Below the pieces are notes generated by a model, which saw only the letters and a list, made by a program, of their open reading frames with translations, was not told where the DNA came from and did no database searches. A program made the position numbers and the translations under genes. From Oligoflexus sp. (GTDB lineage Bacteria > Bdellovibrionota_B > Oligoflexia > Oligoflexales > Oligoflexaceae), in NCBI GenBank assembly GCA_041736305.1, contig JBGSTX010000386.1, positions 1 to 24,273 of the forward strand: 24,273 nucleotides of DNA, written 5' to 3'. Below, one piece after another: positions 16,196-24,273 of this stretch; position 1 is the stretch's first letter, and every line of letters begins with the position of its first letter.

Positions 16196-16905
16196 GAGCT
16201 TGCCTCCTGCACTAAGGTGTAGTGAAGAAAGGCCGCCTCTAAACTAGGAAAGCGGGTAGTGCTCTCCAGCGAACCGTCGAAACTAACGCTGCCCCTGCGG
16301 AGGATGACCATCCTCTGACAGAGGCGCGGAATGAGATCAAGGTTGTGCGTAGTAAAAACCAGACTCTTGTAGATGGTCAGCTCTTTGATGAGGCCGAGGA
16401 GCCAGTTGCGTTCGGCAGCATCGAGCGAGTGCATCGGATCATCCAGTACGAGTAAGACCGGATCGTGCACCAGAGCCTGAGCGACGTTGATGAGCTGGAG
16501 GAAACCGGGAGAGAGACTCTTTATTTTTTTGTTCCAGATATTGCTGATTCCGCAACGCTGCGAAATTTCTTTAGCTGCCAGTCGAGGACTGGGAAGTTCC
16601 CGCAGTTGCGCACAAAGTTCAAGGTAGGTGCCGACACCCAACTCCGGATAGACCGGAGGCGACGCAGGCATATAGCCGATGAGGCGTCGAGCCTGCGAAC
16701 TCTCGCGTCCGAGATCATAGGGGCCAACCTGTACCGTTCCTGATGGTGCTCGTAAAAACCCGCATAAAATCTCCTGGAGAGTATTAACTCCGGAAAAGCT
16801 TCGCCCAAGCAACGCGACTTTTTCCGCGGTTGCGACGCTAAAGCTGAGTTTGTCGAGCGGCGCTTTGCCGCGCAGGCGACAGCTCAATTCATGCACAGTG
16901 AACAA
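16192..16905 (-). CDS. GldA-like ABC ATP-binding protein with degenerate catalytic motifs
   Basis: ABC fold order is preserved, but Walker A is GRSFSGVNT, the signature is LSPGF and Walker B is LLVLDDP. The H-loop (TTH) is retained. Stop overlaps the permease start. Confidence 0.88.
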   Translation of the reverse strand: MFTVHELSCRLRGKAPLDKLSFSVATAEKVALLGRSFSGVNTLQEILCGFLRAPSGTVQVGPYDLGRESSQARRLIGYMPASPPVYPELGVGTYLELCAQLRELPSPRLAAKEISQRCGISNIWNKKIKSLSPGFLQLINVAQALVHDPVLLVLDDPMHSLDAAERNWLLGLIKELTIYKSLVFTTHNLDLIPRLCQRMVILRRGSVSFDGSLESTTRFPSLEAAFLHYTLVQEASS

Positions 16906-17082
16906 GGAAGAACTCCCGTGCTTTAGTAAAAATAAAGGGGCTTGGACCTATTCTAGCAGGTGCGGCGAATTGGGGGAGGGGCAATTACTGCCGACTTGCG
17001 ACCCGGGTATCTCTGGATTGAATTTTTTAGCAAACATTGGTAGTGCCGTAGCAGCGTAAGCTTGCAAAAGTTAGATAGGAGC

Positions 17083-17568
17083 ATGTTGGCCGTGAGTATA
17101 GACCTAAAAGTCGATCAGCAAAACGTAAGCGTCGATGTCGATGCGGCAAAACCTCTGCTGTGGGTGCTTCGCGAAGATCTCGGTATGCAGCAGACAAAAT
17201 TCGGATGTGGTGCGGGCCTTTGCGGAGCCTGTACGGTCTATGTTGGAGACCGTACAGTGCGGTCCTGTACTTTTCCTATTTCTCGCGTGGGGACAGCGGA
17301 GGTTCGCACTGTTGCGGGTATCAAAGATCCCCTCTCGCAAGCTCTTAAGGAAGCTTGGCTCAAGCACGACGTTGCCCAGTGCGGTTACTGTCAGCCAGCC
17401 CTGCTCGTCAGTGCGCATCAGCTTCTGAGCAAGCATATAGGCAAGCCTGAGGCTGAACTTGAAATTTCTTTTAAGGAAATAAGCAACATTTGTCGGTGCG
17501 GCACCTATGTAAGAGTGCGAGCTGCCATGCTCGACGTCTTGCGTAGTAGCCTAGCCGAAACGAGGTAA
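17083..17568 (+). CDS. (2Fe-2S)-binding small subunit of a xanthine dehydrogenase-family molybdoenzyme (IorA/CoxS-like)
   Basis: PLLWVLRE, TKFGCGAGLCGACTV, RSC, QCGYCQ and NICRCGTY supply the Cys ligands for two 2Fe-2S clusters. AGGAG RBS at 17077-17081; the start is ATG 17083 or GTG 17092. Confidence 0.95.
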   Translation: MLAVSIDLKVDQQNVSVDVDAAKPLLWVLREDLGMQQTKFGCGAGLCGACTVYVGDRTVRSCTFPISRVGTAEVRTVAGIKDPLSQALKEAWLKHDVAQCGYCQPALLVSAHQLLSKHIGKPEAELEISFKEISNICRCGTYVRVRAAMLDVLRSSLAETR

Positions 17569-17571
17569 GCT

Positions 17572-19704
17572 ATGGCTCAGTGGACCGTGAACAGACGCGA
17601 ACTCATAGTCAGCTCCTTGACTGGTGCTCTTGGAATATCCCTCGGATTTTCTCTACCCATCTTCTTAGAAGAGTCGCAGGCTCTAGCTGCCGATGAAGCC
17701 AATACCTTGCAGAGCTTCATTAAAATCTATAGCGACAATCGCATTGAAGTCGTAGTCGTGAAAGCCGAGATGGGTCAGGGGGTCTTAACATCTTTAGCGA
17801 TGCTGCTCTGTGAGGACCTCGAAGCCTACTGGCCCGATGTAACAGTCAAACTCGAGGGGGAAGTAGCGCCTTTCCTCGATGCCAAAGCTCCTTTCGGTGC
17901 TACAGCTGGCAGTTCGTCTGTGCGCTCGCAGTATCAAAGACTGCGTTCGATCGGTGCCTCCGTGCGCGATCTGCTGATCCAGGCCGCGGCTCAATCCTTC
18001 GACTTGGTTCCGAGCGAACTCTATGCTCAGGATTCGAAAATATACGATAAGTCAGGGCAGGTTCGCTGCACCTTTGGCGAGGTGGCGCGGGCGGCCCTTT
18101 ACCTTAAGGCTCCCGATAATCCTCAGCTAAAATCCGCCGATAAATTCAAACTGATCGGCCAGAGGATTGCTAACAAGGACAGTCTCGAGAAGATCGAAGG
18201 ACGGGCGGTCTATGGAAGCGATGTTCAGCTTCCCGAGATGGAGTATGCTGCAGTTCGCCACCATCCGAGCTTTGGTTCCCAGCTCAGTAACTTCAGCGAA
18301 ATCGCAGCGCAGGTAGCCGCCCCCTATAAGATATTCGAGCTGCCCCAGGCCATCGGCATCGTCGGCCCCAGCTATTGGCAAGGTCAGAAGATTCTCAGCG
18401 CATTGCCAGCCGTTTACACCGCAGCTCCAGAGCAGAGTGAGTATCAGCAAGCGAAGCTTGAGGCACGCTTGATTGAAGCGGTCAAAGATGAAAGCGGCGA
18501 CGCCTTGACTAGCAAAGGCGACGCTCTGGGCCGTCTCGCTGAGAGCAGTGAAAAAATCGAATCCATCTATCTCGTGCCTTATCTAGCTCACAGTCCGCTG
18601 GAGCCCATGTGCGCAACAGCTGACGTGCGGAAAGATCGCATCGACCTCTGGATTCCGACTCAGGGACCCGGTGGTGCGGTAGGGGCTGTGGCTAAGGCTC
18701 TGGGGCGCGATCCCGCGACGATCAAAGCGCATGTGACTTTTCTAGGCGGCGGATTCGGACGCAAGATTGAAAACGATGCAGTTGTCCAGGCTGCGATACT
18801 TTCCGAGAAATCTGGAAAGGCCGTAAAACTCATCTGGTCACGGCAGGAAGATACCCAGCACGATGTATACAGACCGATGTTTGCCGCGCGTTTGCAAGCA
18901 GGATTCGGCGCTGAGGGCTTGATGGCTTGGACGGGTAAGAACTCCGGTTCTTCCATCCTTCGTCGCAGCAACCCCAAAATCAAGATCGATCCGACCGGAC
19001 TAGAAGGTTTCACGGAGCTTCCCTACAAGGGTATCGAGCATCTGCGAGTCCAGCATCAAGAGGTCGATCTAGGGGTGCCGGTCGGATTCTGGCGTTCGGT
19101 TGGACGCTCGCAGAACACCTATTTTACCGAGTGTTTTCTCGATGAAATCGCCGCAAAACTGGGGCGAGATCCCTTAGATTATCGTCTGGAAATCCTCGGT
19201 GACAATCCGCGTGGACGATCGGTGCTGGAGACTCTCGCCCGCGTTTCGGCATGGCGCGACAGTCCTCAGCGGCAGCGTCTGGGTCTCGCGTATTCAGAGG
19301 CCTTCGGCTCTATCGCTGCCGCTGTCGCACAGGTGGCGATAGAAAACAAGAAGGTTCGCGTCGAGAAAATTTTCGTGGTCGTCGACTGCGGACGGGTCAT
19401 CAATCGACAAGGGGCCGAGGCCCAGATCCAGGGTGGGGCCATCTTCGGTCTCAGCGCGGCGCTCTACGGCAAAGTCACGATTAAAGATAAGCGAGTCGAG
19501 CAAAGTATTTTTGCTGAATCGCCTTTTCTCCGCATAGCAGAGGCTCCCGAAGTCGAAGTCACCTTCATCGACAGCGGCGCCGAACTTGGTGGTCTCGGTG
19601 AGGTGTCAACCCCGCTGATCGCGCCGGCGGTATGTAATGCAATTTTTCGGCAAAGCCAGCAGATGATTCGCAAGTTGCCTATCGCTGACTATGTTTTTTC
19701 TTGA
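17572..19704 (+). CDS. Molybdopterin-binding large subunit, isoquinoline 1-oxidoreductase beta (IorB)-like, with Tat signal
   Basis: Twin-Arg signal VNRRELI plus a hydrophobic stretch. Motifs KAEMGQGV, AGSSSVR, LAHSPLEP, GGGFGRK, GFWRSVG, VDCGRVIN...AQIQGG and GGLGE (catalytic Glu). Confidence 0.95.
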   Translation: MAQWTVNRRELIVSSLTGALGISLGFSLPIFLEESQALAADEANTLQSFIKIYSDNRIEVVVVKAEMGQGVLTSLAMLLCEDLEAYWPDVTVKLEGEVAPFLDAKAPFGATAGSSSVRSQYQRLRSIGASVRDLLIQAAAQSFDLVPSELYAQDSKIYDKSGQVRCTFGEVARAALYLKAPDNPQLKSADKFKLIGQRIANKDSLEKIEGRAVYGSDVQLPEMEYAAVRHHPSFGSQLSNFSEIAAQVAAPYKIFELPQAIGIVGPSYWQGQKILSALPAVYTAAPEQSEYQQAKLEARLIEAVKDESGDALTSKGDALGRLAESSEKIESIYLVPYLAHSPLEPMCATADVRKDRIDLWIPTQGPGGAVGAVAKALGRDPATIKAHVTFLGGGFGRKIENDAVVQAAILSEKSGKAVKLIWSRQEDTQHDVYRPMFAARLQAGFGAEGLMAWTGKNSGSSILRRSNPKIKIDPTGLEGFTELPYKGIEHLRVQHQEVDLGVPVGFWRSVGRSQNTYFTECFLDEIAAKLGRDPLDYRLEILGDNPRGRSVLETLARVSAWRDSPQRQRLGLAYSEAFGSIAAAVAQVAIENKKVRVEKIFVVVDCGRVINRQGAEAQIQGGAIFGLSAALYGKVTIKDKRVEQSIFAESPFLRIAEAPEVEVTFIDSGAELGGLGEVSTPLIAPAVCNAIFRQSQQMIRKLPIADYVFS

Positions 19705-19737
19705 GCATCTTTCACCCTACTGAAGAGGATGGATCAA

Positions 19738-22488
19738 ATGTCTGAAGCTCCTGAATCTCGCTCAACGCTCCTTCGTTCCCGCGCTCTAGCGCTGGCACCC
19801 CTGGCCATCATGAGTTCGCTTGCCGCGGCAGCTGTGACGGAGAAATGTCCAGCGCCTCTGCCTCAGCAGCAGTCTCTCAACTTTCCGCTGGGAAAGACCT
19901 TCTACCTTCCTCTTGCGACGCGCGGGAGTGATGGCAAGTGCAGGGATGCGTCCTGGAAGATTTACGAGGCGCCGGCGGGAAATCGGAATCTGGTTCAGAC
20001 GCGTGGCACAGATTCTTATGCGCGCTTCATCCCTCAGCTTCCCGGGAATTACCTCTTCGTCAACCAAGCTAGCCAAGAACGGCAGACACTCCAAGTGGTG
20101 GGCCGCGATGAGCAGCCTTTCATCAACTACAACTACTATCCGACTCAAGCGCAGGTAGCAATCGGTGACGAGCTCTGGGTGACGGATGTACTGCGGGCAG
20201 AAGTCAGCGTGCTCGATCCGAACTCGATGAAGGTCAAGAAATCGATTCCAGTGGGCTCTTGGCCTGTTGCCATCGGCTGGGCAAAGGGCATGAAAGAAGC
20301 TCTTGTCATTCAGAAAGGCGATGACTCGATAGGTGTGGTCGATGTCAGGACGCAGCGTCTCGTTGATTCTATCTGGATCGGCGATGAACCATCGAATATC
20401 GTCGTTGCTCCGCGTCTGGGCAAGGCTTTCATAGCTCTGGCGACCGAAGACCAGGTTGCAGTTCTCGACTTGAAATCGCACAAAGTCGTCGCTCGTATCC
20501 AAGTCGGTAGTGATCCGCAGGCTATGGCTCTCTCTCCTGATGAAACACGACTCTATGTGGCTTCGAAGAAATCGGGTAAGCCCGGTCGCGAGCCTTTCGG
20601 CTTCGATGCTGTTGAGGATGAAAAAGACATTGCGGTGATCGATACGGGCAAGAATGCGCTCGATACTTACTTCTACGATGTAGCGACGACTATCCACAGT
20701 CTCGCTGTTTCTCCCGACGGCCAAAAGCTTTATATGGCCCACCTGCTCAACGATACGGTGGTCCGTCTTGCTGATCCAAAAGGTAAGCCCTTCGAGCATT
20801 TGGTTTCAGTTCTGGATGCAAAGAGTGGCCAGAAGTTGACGAACGCAGACCTTCTGCGGCAGGCTGGGAGTGGTGGTCCGGCGACTACACTCTTCGGTTT
20901 GACTTTTGATAAAGCGGGTCAACTCTGGGTTCTCTCGGAAGCTAGCGATCTGCTCATTCAGCTGAATCCAGATACGCTGCAGGAAATGAAGAGAGTACCA
21001 AGTCCAGGTCGACCGCGCTCTCTCCTGGCGACAGACAAGGGACTTTTTGTTTACTCACACCAAGACCTCAAAGTTCTCCGCTACAGCGAGCAGGGTGAGC
21101 AAGAAGCTGAAGTGTCTCTGGGTCGCGATCCACGACCCACTGATGTCGCGCTCGGTCAGAAAACCTTTACCGGCGCTGGCCAGGCCTATGCCGTTACCTG
21201 GAGTTGCAACAGCTGTCACCTCGATGGCAGTACAGATACCAACGTCTGGAACGCTGGTCCTTTTGTAGCGAAGTATGTTCCACGGCCTATCTACTGGCAG
21301 GAAGGTACGGCACCTATCGGCTGGCCGGGTTACATGAGCAGCGTGCGCAATTCGGGAATCGAAGCCCATTCGATCATCGCTGTGAAGCCCACGACACAAC
21401 AAGGTCAGACCTTGGGTGCTTATCTACGCTCCTTGACGGTTCCGCCTCCGGCCAATAGTCTTACCGAGAGAGACGGTTCCCTCTCGGCTGAAGCTCTGCC
21501 AGGCAAGGCTCTCTATGAAGGCGATGCTAACTGCGTTTCCTGTCATGCATTGCCACTGGGCACCAACAATAAGACTTTGCCCGAAGGCATAACTCCAGGT
21601 CCTAGCAATATCCCGACTCTAGTCGGCGCGTATCGCCACAAGATCTGGCTGAAGCACGGCGAGGCTTCGACTCTTGAAGCAGCTATCGAAGCGGCGTCGA
21701 AGAAGTATTCTAAGCGGCCTCTGAACGCAGAGGAGTACGCTTCGCTCACACGCTACGTGAAAGAGCTGAGTGGTCGCGACTTTTTCGTCCTCAGCAGCGA
21801 ACCAGGTCTCCTGACGCGTGAGAGTAGCATCAGTCCTAGTCTGCAGCTCACCTTCAGTCTGCCCATTGCTAAAGATGCCGATAACCTTAGTCGCATCGAA
21901 CTGAGGGATGAATCTGGTGAACGCTTGAGCGTGAAAGTCGAAGTCCAGGATGAGCGTCACCTTTTGGTGAAGCCGGAGAATCCTCTGCGCTATGCCAGTG
22001 CCTATAAGCTCGTCGTTCCCCAAGAATTCAAAGGCTGGGACGGTAAAAATCTGCAGGCATTCACTAAGTCATTTACAACGGTCAAAGAACCGAAGCTCCA
22101 GCTCGAGGGACGTTATCTACTCAAGGTGGGCGTGCCAGGTCTTGATCCGGTCAAAAAAGCGCCAGATCTGGCACTTTCTATGGACTCGGTGATTCCTTTT
22201 GAGGTTGTTCGCAGTGAAAATGGCGATATATTCTTCAAAGCAAGTTATCCTGATGGCCTTGTCGTCGAGGATCACGGTTTGATCAATGAGATGCAGATTG
22301 AGCTTCCTCCGCTGCCCGTTCCGGTGTTTATGGGTAATTCGGTCGATGGGTTTTCAGGCTTCAAAGGTGCTCTCGTCGATCTCGATGGTGATGGCATAGC
22401 TGATACCGCATCTGGCTTGGCTGTCCTGGCAGGACCGGGTATCAACTGGCCCAACCGAACGTGGATTCTTGAAAAGATCAAGCCTTAA
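19738..22488 (+). CDS. Exported YVTN-type beta-propeller + di-haem cytochrome c + Ig-like domain protein
   Basis: Sec signal; propeller repeats (IPVGSWPVAI, IWIGDEPSNI, IQVGSDPQAMALSPDETRLYV, LAVSPDGQKLY); CNSCH and CVSCH haem motifs; Big_5-like LQLTFS.P...LLVKPENPLRYASAYKLVV...SFTT; DLDGDG motif near the end. The RBS favours ATG 19738 over 19729. Confidence 0.85.
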   Translation: MSEAPESRSTLLRSRALALAPLAIMSSLAAAAVTEKCPAPLPQQQSLNFPLGKTFYLPLATRGSDGKCRDASWKIYEAPAGNRNLVQTRGTDSYARFIPQLPGNYLFVNQASQERQTLQVVGRDEQPFINYNYYPTQAQVAIGDELWVTDVLRAEVSVLDPNSMKVKKSIPVGSWPVAIGWAKGMKEALVIQKGDDSIGVVDVRTQRLVDSIWIGDEPSNIVVAPRLGKAFIALATEDQVAVLDLKSHKVVARIQVGSDPQAMALSPDETRLYVASKKSGKPGREPFGFDAVEDEKDIAVIDTGKNALDTYFYDVATTIHSLAVSPDGQKLYMAHLLNDTVVRLADPKGKPFEHLVSVLDAKSGQKLTNADLLRQAGSGGPATTLFGLTFDKAGQLWVLSEASDLLIQLNPDTLQEMKRVPSPGRPRSLLATDKGLFVYSHQDLKVLRYSEQGEQEAEVSLGRDPRPTDVALGQKTFTGAGQAYAVTWSCNSCHLDGSTDTNVWNAGPFVAKYVPRPIYWQEGTAPIGWPGYMSSVRNSGIEAHSIIAVKPTTQQGQTLGAYLRSLTVPPPANSLTERDGSLSAEALPGKALYEGDANCVSCHALPLGTNNKTLPEGITPGPSNIPTLVGAYRHKIWLKHGEASTLEAAIEAASKKYSKRPLNAEEYASLTRYVKELSGRDFFVLSSEPGLLTRESSISPSLQLTFSLPIAKDADNLSRIELRDESGERLSVKVEVQDERHLLVKPENPLRYASAYKLVVPQEFKGWDGKNLQAFTKSFTTVKEPKLQLEGRYLLKVGVPGLDPVKKAPDLALSMDSVIPFEVVRSENGDIFFKASYPDGLVVEDHGLINEMQIELPPLPVPVFMGNSVDGFSGFKGALVDLDGDGIADTASGLAVLAGPGINWPNRTWILEKIKP

Positions 22489-22506
22489 GCGAGCAAAGGA
22501 GCCGAG

Positions 22507-23598
22507 GTGAGGCGAGTAAGTTCTGAAGTTAGGGATGTACTGAAATTCCTTGATTCGAAAACTTTGCCGAAGTCTTGCCTAGGCGTTCTTGCAACGCTTG
22601 TGCATACCGAAGGCTCGGCTTATCAGAAAGCTGGTGCCAGACTCTTCGTCGACGCCCAAGGAGGAATCTACGGGCTCGTCTCGGGAGGTTGTCTAGAGCA
22701 GGCAATCGTCGACGAAGCGATTGGCGTGCGAGAGAAGGGTGAAGCCCGGCTTTCGACCTACGATACGGGAGATCCTTCAGATGTTGATTTCGGCTTTGGG
22801 ATGGGCTGCGGAGGCAAACTCTGGGTCTTTTTCGAGGCTATTCTCAATTATAGTGAGCTCAAGCAGAAGATCTGCGGACTCGCTCCTCGCGAGTCGGTTG
22901 AAGCTATAGTGGTCGGAGCTGAAGGTTTGGACACGGCGCTGCTTGGTCAGCGCTATTTTGCAGCCACGCTGAGTCCGGCTGCAGCAGAAGCTGAAGCTTC
23001 CCTCGCAGCTGGAATTAAAGATTTGGCGGCAAGTTGGAAAGAGGGCGAACGCTCGCGGCTCTGGTCGGGACAGCTCGCAGGACAGCCCTTGACTGTAGCT
23101 CTTCTTAAGCGACCTGCTGCTCTCCATTTGACTATTTTCGGTGCGGGCCCCGGGGCCTGGCCTCTCGCAGAAATGGCTCGAACTCTTGCTTGGGATGTGC
23201 GGGTTTTCGATCATCGTCCTGATTATATAGAAGATTTCCCTGCTGAATTGGGGCAGAGAGAGGCGCTTCCACGCGATAGTCTGCCCGACTTCTTTCCCTT
23301 TCCTTATGAAAAAACAGCTGCTGTAATCATGACCCATAATTTCAGCGTGGACCGCATGGTGCTCGATAAGCTACTGCAAGAGCCTTGGGCCTATATCGGC
23401 CTCTTGGGCTCCGGCAAACGCTGTCGAACTTTGATCAGTGAGCTGCAGGTGAAGACTGGGCAGGATAGAAATGTTTATGCACCTGCTGGGCTAACACTGG
23501 GTTCGGATGATGTTAAAGGTATCGCTCTGGCCCTGATCGCGGAGATATCGGCTGTTACTCAGGGCAAAAATGCAGTCGGCTTTCGACGCGACCTTTGA
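22507..23598 (+). CDS. xdhC: XdhC/CoxI-family molybdenum-cofactor insertion chaperone
   Basis: LATLVHTEGSAYQKAGARL, GLVSGGCLE, GMGCGG, IFGAG, VIMTHNF..D, YIGLLGS, APAGL.LG....IALALIAEI. Confidence 0.93.
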   Translation: MRRVSSEVRDVLKFLDSKTLPKSCLGVLATLVHTEGSAYQKAGARLFVDAQGGIYGLVSGGCLEQAIVDEAIGVREKGEARLSTYDTGDPSDVDFGFGMGCGGKLWVFFEAILNYSELKQKICGLAPRESVEAIVVGAEGLDTALLGQRYFAATLSPAAAEAEASLAAGIKDLAASWKEGERSRLWSGQLAGQPLTVALLKRPAALHLTIFGAGPGAWPLAEMARTLAWDVRVFDHRPDYIEDFPAELGQREALPRDSLPDFFPFPYEKTAAVIMTHNFSVDRMVLDKLLQEPWAYIGLLGSGKRCRTLISELQVKTGQDRNVYAPAGLTLGSDDVKGIALALIAEISAVTQGKNAVGFRRDL

Positions 23599-23610
23599 TG
23601 GAGGAAGGAT

Positions 23611-24261
23611 ATGTCGGCTGTAGAGGGGCAGGGGAACAAAACGGGGAAATTAGCGGCTGTGCTGCTGGCAGCGGGACTATCTGAGCGACTGGGCTATCCA
23701 AAGCAGCTTTGCTCCCTTCAAGGCCGTACTCTTCTCGAGCGAACAATCGGCTGTTTGCAGCATCCTGCCATCGAGCAAATTTTTGTTGTCACGGGTGCGG
23801 CGCGGGAGGCCTGCTGGTCACTTGCGCAGAAGTGTCCTGGCCCCATATCGGAGCTTTTTAATCCAGATTATGAGGAAGGGATGGGTTCCAGCATCGCAGC
23901 GGCTGCCCGTCATCTGGACTTCGATGCAGCTCTTTTTCTGGTCTGTGATCAGGTGCACCTTACCCGCGAACATATTGATCGGCTCATCGAGGCTAGTCAC
24001 GAAACCGGGAAGAGAGAGGGAAGCTATGCGCTCACGGCTTCTTCGTATCAGGGGACGGTTGGAATTCCGGCTCTGTTCCCTCGTTCGTATTTTGCCCAGC
24101 TCGAGGGCCTCCGGGATTCTCAGCGAGGCGCTAAGGCTCTCCTCTTGGACTCTCCCTCTCTTGTCACGGTCGACTTTGAACTTGGTGAGGAAGACGTTGA
24201 TACCCCTGAGGCTGTGCAGAGACTGGGACTGACGGTCAATTACCCACCTCTAAAGAGGTAG
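23611..24261 (+). CDS. mocA: Molybdenum cofactor cytidylyltransferase-like NTP transferase (MocA/YgfJ family)
   Basis: VLLAAGLSERLGYPKQL, NPDYEEGMGSSI, LVCDQ, GIPALF and DVDTPE. Context with XdhC and an MCD-type enzyme supports the call. Confidence 0.85.
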   Translation: MSAVEGQGNKTGKLAAVLLAAGLSERLGYPKQLCSLQGRTLLERTIGCLQHPAIEQIFVVTGAAREACWSLAQKCPGPISELFNPDYEEGMGSSIAAAARHLDFDAALFLVCDQVHLTREHIDRLIEASHETGKREGSYALTASSYQGTVGIPALFPRSYFAQLEGLRDSQRGAKALLLDSPSLVTVDFELGEEDVDTPEAVQRLGLTVNYPPLKR

Positions 24262-24273
24262 GCATGGAGGAAG

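Noticed and set aside
16950-16958. Extended -10-like TGCTAGAAT on the minus strand upstream of the ABC ATPase
   Set aside because: Plausible, but there is no correctly spaced -35 and no other support, so it was not listed as a feature.
19786-20799. 337-aa antisense ORF, and other long shadow ORFs (e.g. 1089-1619, 22777-23337, 5810-6247, 6759-7139)
   Set aside because: They lie largely opposite well-supported genes, have no recognisable motifs and are typical shadow frames.
23598-24273. Identical ATGGAGGAAG after the xdhC stop (23598-23607) and after the mocA stop (24264-24273)
   Set aside because: Most simply explained as Shine-Dalgarno sequence or the start of a next gene; it only suggests that the operon continues past the window.
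1-24273. CRISPR arrays, tRNA/rRNA genes, transposases, integrases or reverse transcriptases
   Set aside because: No regularly spaced repeats, RNA-gene signatures or such protein motifs were seen by eye.

Overview
This 24.3-kb window is bacterial chromosomal DNA. Gene content suggests Bdellovibrionota/Oligoflexia (inference from a TIGR02147-like regulator, orphan lipoproteins and a plant-type pyrophosphatase). Left to right: (1) a coupled operon of a 5'-truncated GGDEF cyclase, an acyl-CoA thioesterase, a DUF4105/Lnb-like membrane protein and a degenerate, membrane-anchored ECF-sigma-like protein; (2) an AT-rich XRE-MNT/HEPN toxin-antitoxin module; (3) two secreted proteins and an oxidoreductase remnant; (4) a divergent locus with a sigma28-driven cytochrome c lipoprotein, a TIGR02147 protein, a lipoprotein and a 5'-truncated secreted-type ORF at an abrupt GT-to-AC skew switch; (5) a K+-dependent plant-type H+-pyrophosphatase, a probable outer-membrane barrel and yqgE/algH; (6) a GldF-GldG fusion with an apparently catalytically dead GldA-like ATPase; (7) a Tat-exported IorAB-type molybdo-hydroxylase operon enclosing a large beta-propeller/di-haem cytochrome c/Ig-like protein, followed by XdhC and a MocA-like gene. 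The strongest candidates for novelty are the molybdoenzyme/propeller-cytochrome operon, the TIGR02147 locus, the pseudo-sigma factor and the pseudo-ATPase. All family calls come from motif recognition by eye; no searches were run. No rRNA, tRNA, CRISPR array or transposase was recognised.
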